64,000 nt of DNA from a virus, in the IMG/VR virus record IMGVR_UViG_3300045988_127492, positions 1-64,000 of that record. One strand, written 5' to 3'. Shown here piece by piece: positions 62,671 to 64,000 of this stretch; the first letter of the stretch is position 1; every line of letters begins with the position of its first letter. The translations under genes were made by a program, and so were the position numbers. Under the pieces are notes generated by a model. It was not told the origin of the DNA. It searched no databases and worked only from the letters and a program-made list of their open reading frames with translations.

Positions 62671-64000
62671 TTAATCTTCACCCACTTTCTTTCTATCTGT
62701 TTGAGCCAGTATTGTCCCATCACTATAAATTTCTTCAATTTTATTGGTCGTATGAGTATAAACAGTATCTGCATACTTTGTGACAACAAACTGATCCTCA
62801 CGTCTATAGCCGCAAACAATAATTTTGGAACCTCTTTTAAACCAAGATTCTTCCAAAACCTTTTTCTTATCTGCTTTCTGTTCAGAAATTCTTTTGTTAT
62901 AATAGCTGTACTGACCTTTGTTATATTTACAAGTCACTACACAATGATTAGTGAGTAAAGTTACCAGATGTTTGTTGTTATCAGAATCTAAGACAGTTCC
63001 GGCTAATCGAACTATCTGGAACTTAGGAATATGTTTAATTTCTCCTCTGATTCTCCTCGTGATATATTGATATACTTGAGGACTTTCTGGAAGTGAGTTG
63101 TAGTCTACCACTCCATACTTTGCTTCGTTTAAGTTCCATAACTCATGTCTATCAGGATAATAGCTTAATGACTCCATGTCCCACTGTTCCAACGATCCAG
63201 ATGCATAGGTTGCTATTGTAGAATCAAACTTTTTCTGGTTATATAACTGGAGCGTCTCAGGTAAGGCCATATAATCTTTCAATGGTTGTATAAGAGCATC
63301 CCATTCTTTGTTAAATAGCTTCTCTGAAATAATTACTCCATCTCCTTTTGTTCCTACAATACATGTATTGAAATGTTCCATTAAGAATTCTGTTCCTCTT
63401 TCGTCCAATGCAAAATACCTATCATGATATCCTTTTTTAGGTATCTTTTTACCCTCTTCTATTATGTTTTTTAAGAAGAAACTTTCATGCAGTGCATAAG
63501 CTTTAAAATTCTTAATTCTAATCAATATTTCCATCTCTTTGGGGAAGATATCGTATTCTAATGCAGAATTAAATTGCTGCATAGTCAGTTTGTCTGTAGG
63601 TGCGAATACATTACGAGAAAGAAACTTTTTCATTGTTGCCATACGATCTGGAGAATCAAGTTCGTTGAAACATCCAGCTTTAATTAGAATAATCATTTTA
63701 GCTGTACCAATAATTTTAGTATCTACTAAACGCTTACAAAAATCCTCAAATGCACTATATGGTTGATGCTCTACAATAGCACGAGCTATATCATCACCAA
63801 TTCCACAAAGTCCTTTGAATGAGAAAATGATACGATTGTTCTTTTCATCTGGAACAAAGGAAAACTTTGCTTCATTGATAAGAGGTCTGTCTACTGTGAT
63901 TGAGCGTTGCTTAAAATTAGCAATTGCTGAAGCTATCTTTCCATACTTAGTCGATTTATTATCTTCTATCTCTTCATTGGCACCAGCATCAACAATAAGG
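62671..64000 (-). CDS. dnaE: DNA polymerase III alpha (DnaE-like), C-terminal part; 5' end outside window
   Basis: My manual translation shows the minus-strand frame stays open from 63696 to nt 63999, beyond the ATG used in the ORF track. It reads ...FSFKGLCGIGDDIARAIVEHQPYSAFEDFCKRL...ILIKAGCFNELD (HhH + LIKAGAFD-type motif), followed by an OB-fold-like tail. Confidence 0.7.
   Translation of the reverse strand, partial: LIVDAGANEEIEDNKSTKYGKIASAIANFKQRSITVDRPLINEAKFSFVPDEKNNRIIFSFKGLCGIGDDIARAIVEHQPYSAFEDFCKRLVDTKIIGTAKMIILIKAGCFNELDSPDRMATMKKFLSRNVFAPTDKLTMQQFNSALEYDIFPKEMEILIRIKNFKAYALHESFFLKNIIEEGKKIPKKGYHDRYFALDERGTEFLMEHFNTCIVGTKGDGVIISEKLFNKEWDALIQPLKDYMALPETLQLYNQKKFDSTIATYASGSLEQWDMESLSYYPDRHELWNLNEAKYGVVDYNSLPESPQVYQYITRRIRGEIKHIPKFQIVRLAGTVLDSDNNKHLVTLLTNHCVVTCKYNKGQYSYYNKRISEQKADKKKVLEESWFKRGSKIIVCGYRREDQFVVTKYADTVYTHTTNKIEEIYSDGTILAQTDRKKVGED

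Overview
AT-rich 64-kb segment of a temperate, siphovirus-type phage or prophage of a Gram-positive (Firmicutes-like) host. Plus strand, 1-48.4 kb: terL, portal, scaffold-like protein, major capsid, neck proteins, major tail candidate, chaperone-position ORFs, tape measure, Dit, Tal, holin-like proteins, tail fibre, and a GH25+CHAP+SH3 endolysin. 48.4-51 kb: a small accessory island, a candidate attP, a tyrosine integrase and an excisionase. Minus strand, 51-64 kb: nucleotide metabolism and replication genes (guanylate-kinase-like kinase, ThyX-like protein, dUTPase, Dam methylase, class II RNR, RecD-like helicase, and a DnaE-like polymerase that runs off the window). The main feature is five self-splicing group I or group I-like introns, about 6.4 kb or 10% of the window. 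They lie in terL, the major capsid gene, the tape-measure gene (two introns) and nrdJ, and at least two free-standing homing-endonuclease-like genes are also present. Splice junctions were placed from reading-frame continuity, the exon-terminal U / intron-terminal G rule, and P1/P10 pairings readable in the sequence. The most unusual element is the second tape-measure intron (22082-24121). It has clear P1, P10, R and S elements, but no homing endonuclease. Instead it carries about 1.6 kb of small ORFs on both strands, including an antisense unit with its own promoter (a double zinc-ribbon protein plus a 61-aa membrane protein). Spliced, the tape measure would be about 3606 aa. No tRNA, rRNA or CRISPR array was recognised by eye. 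All family assignments come from motifs read in the translations and are not database-verified.
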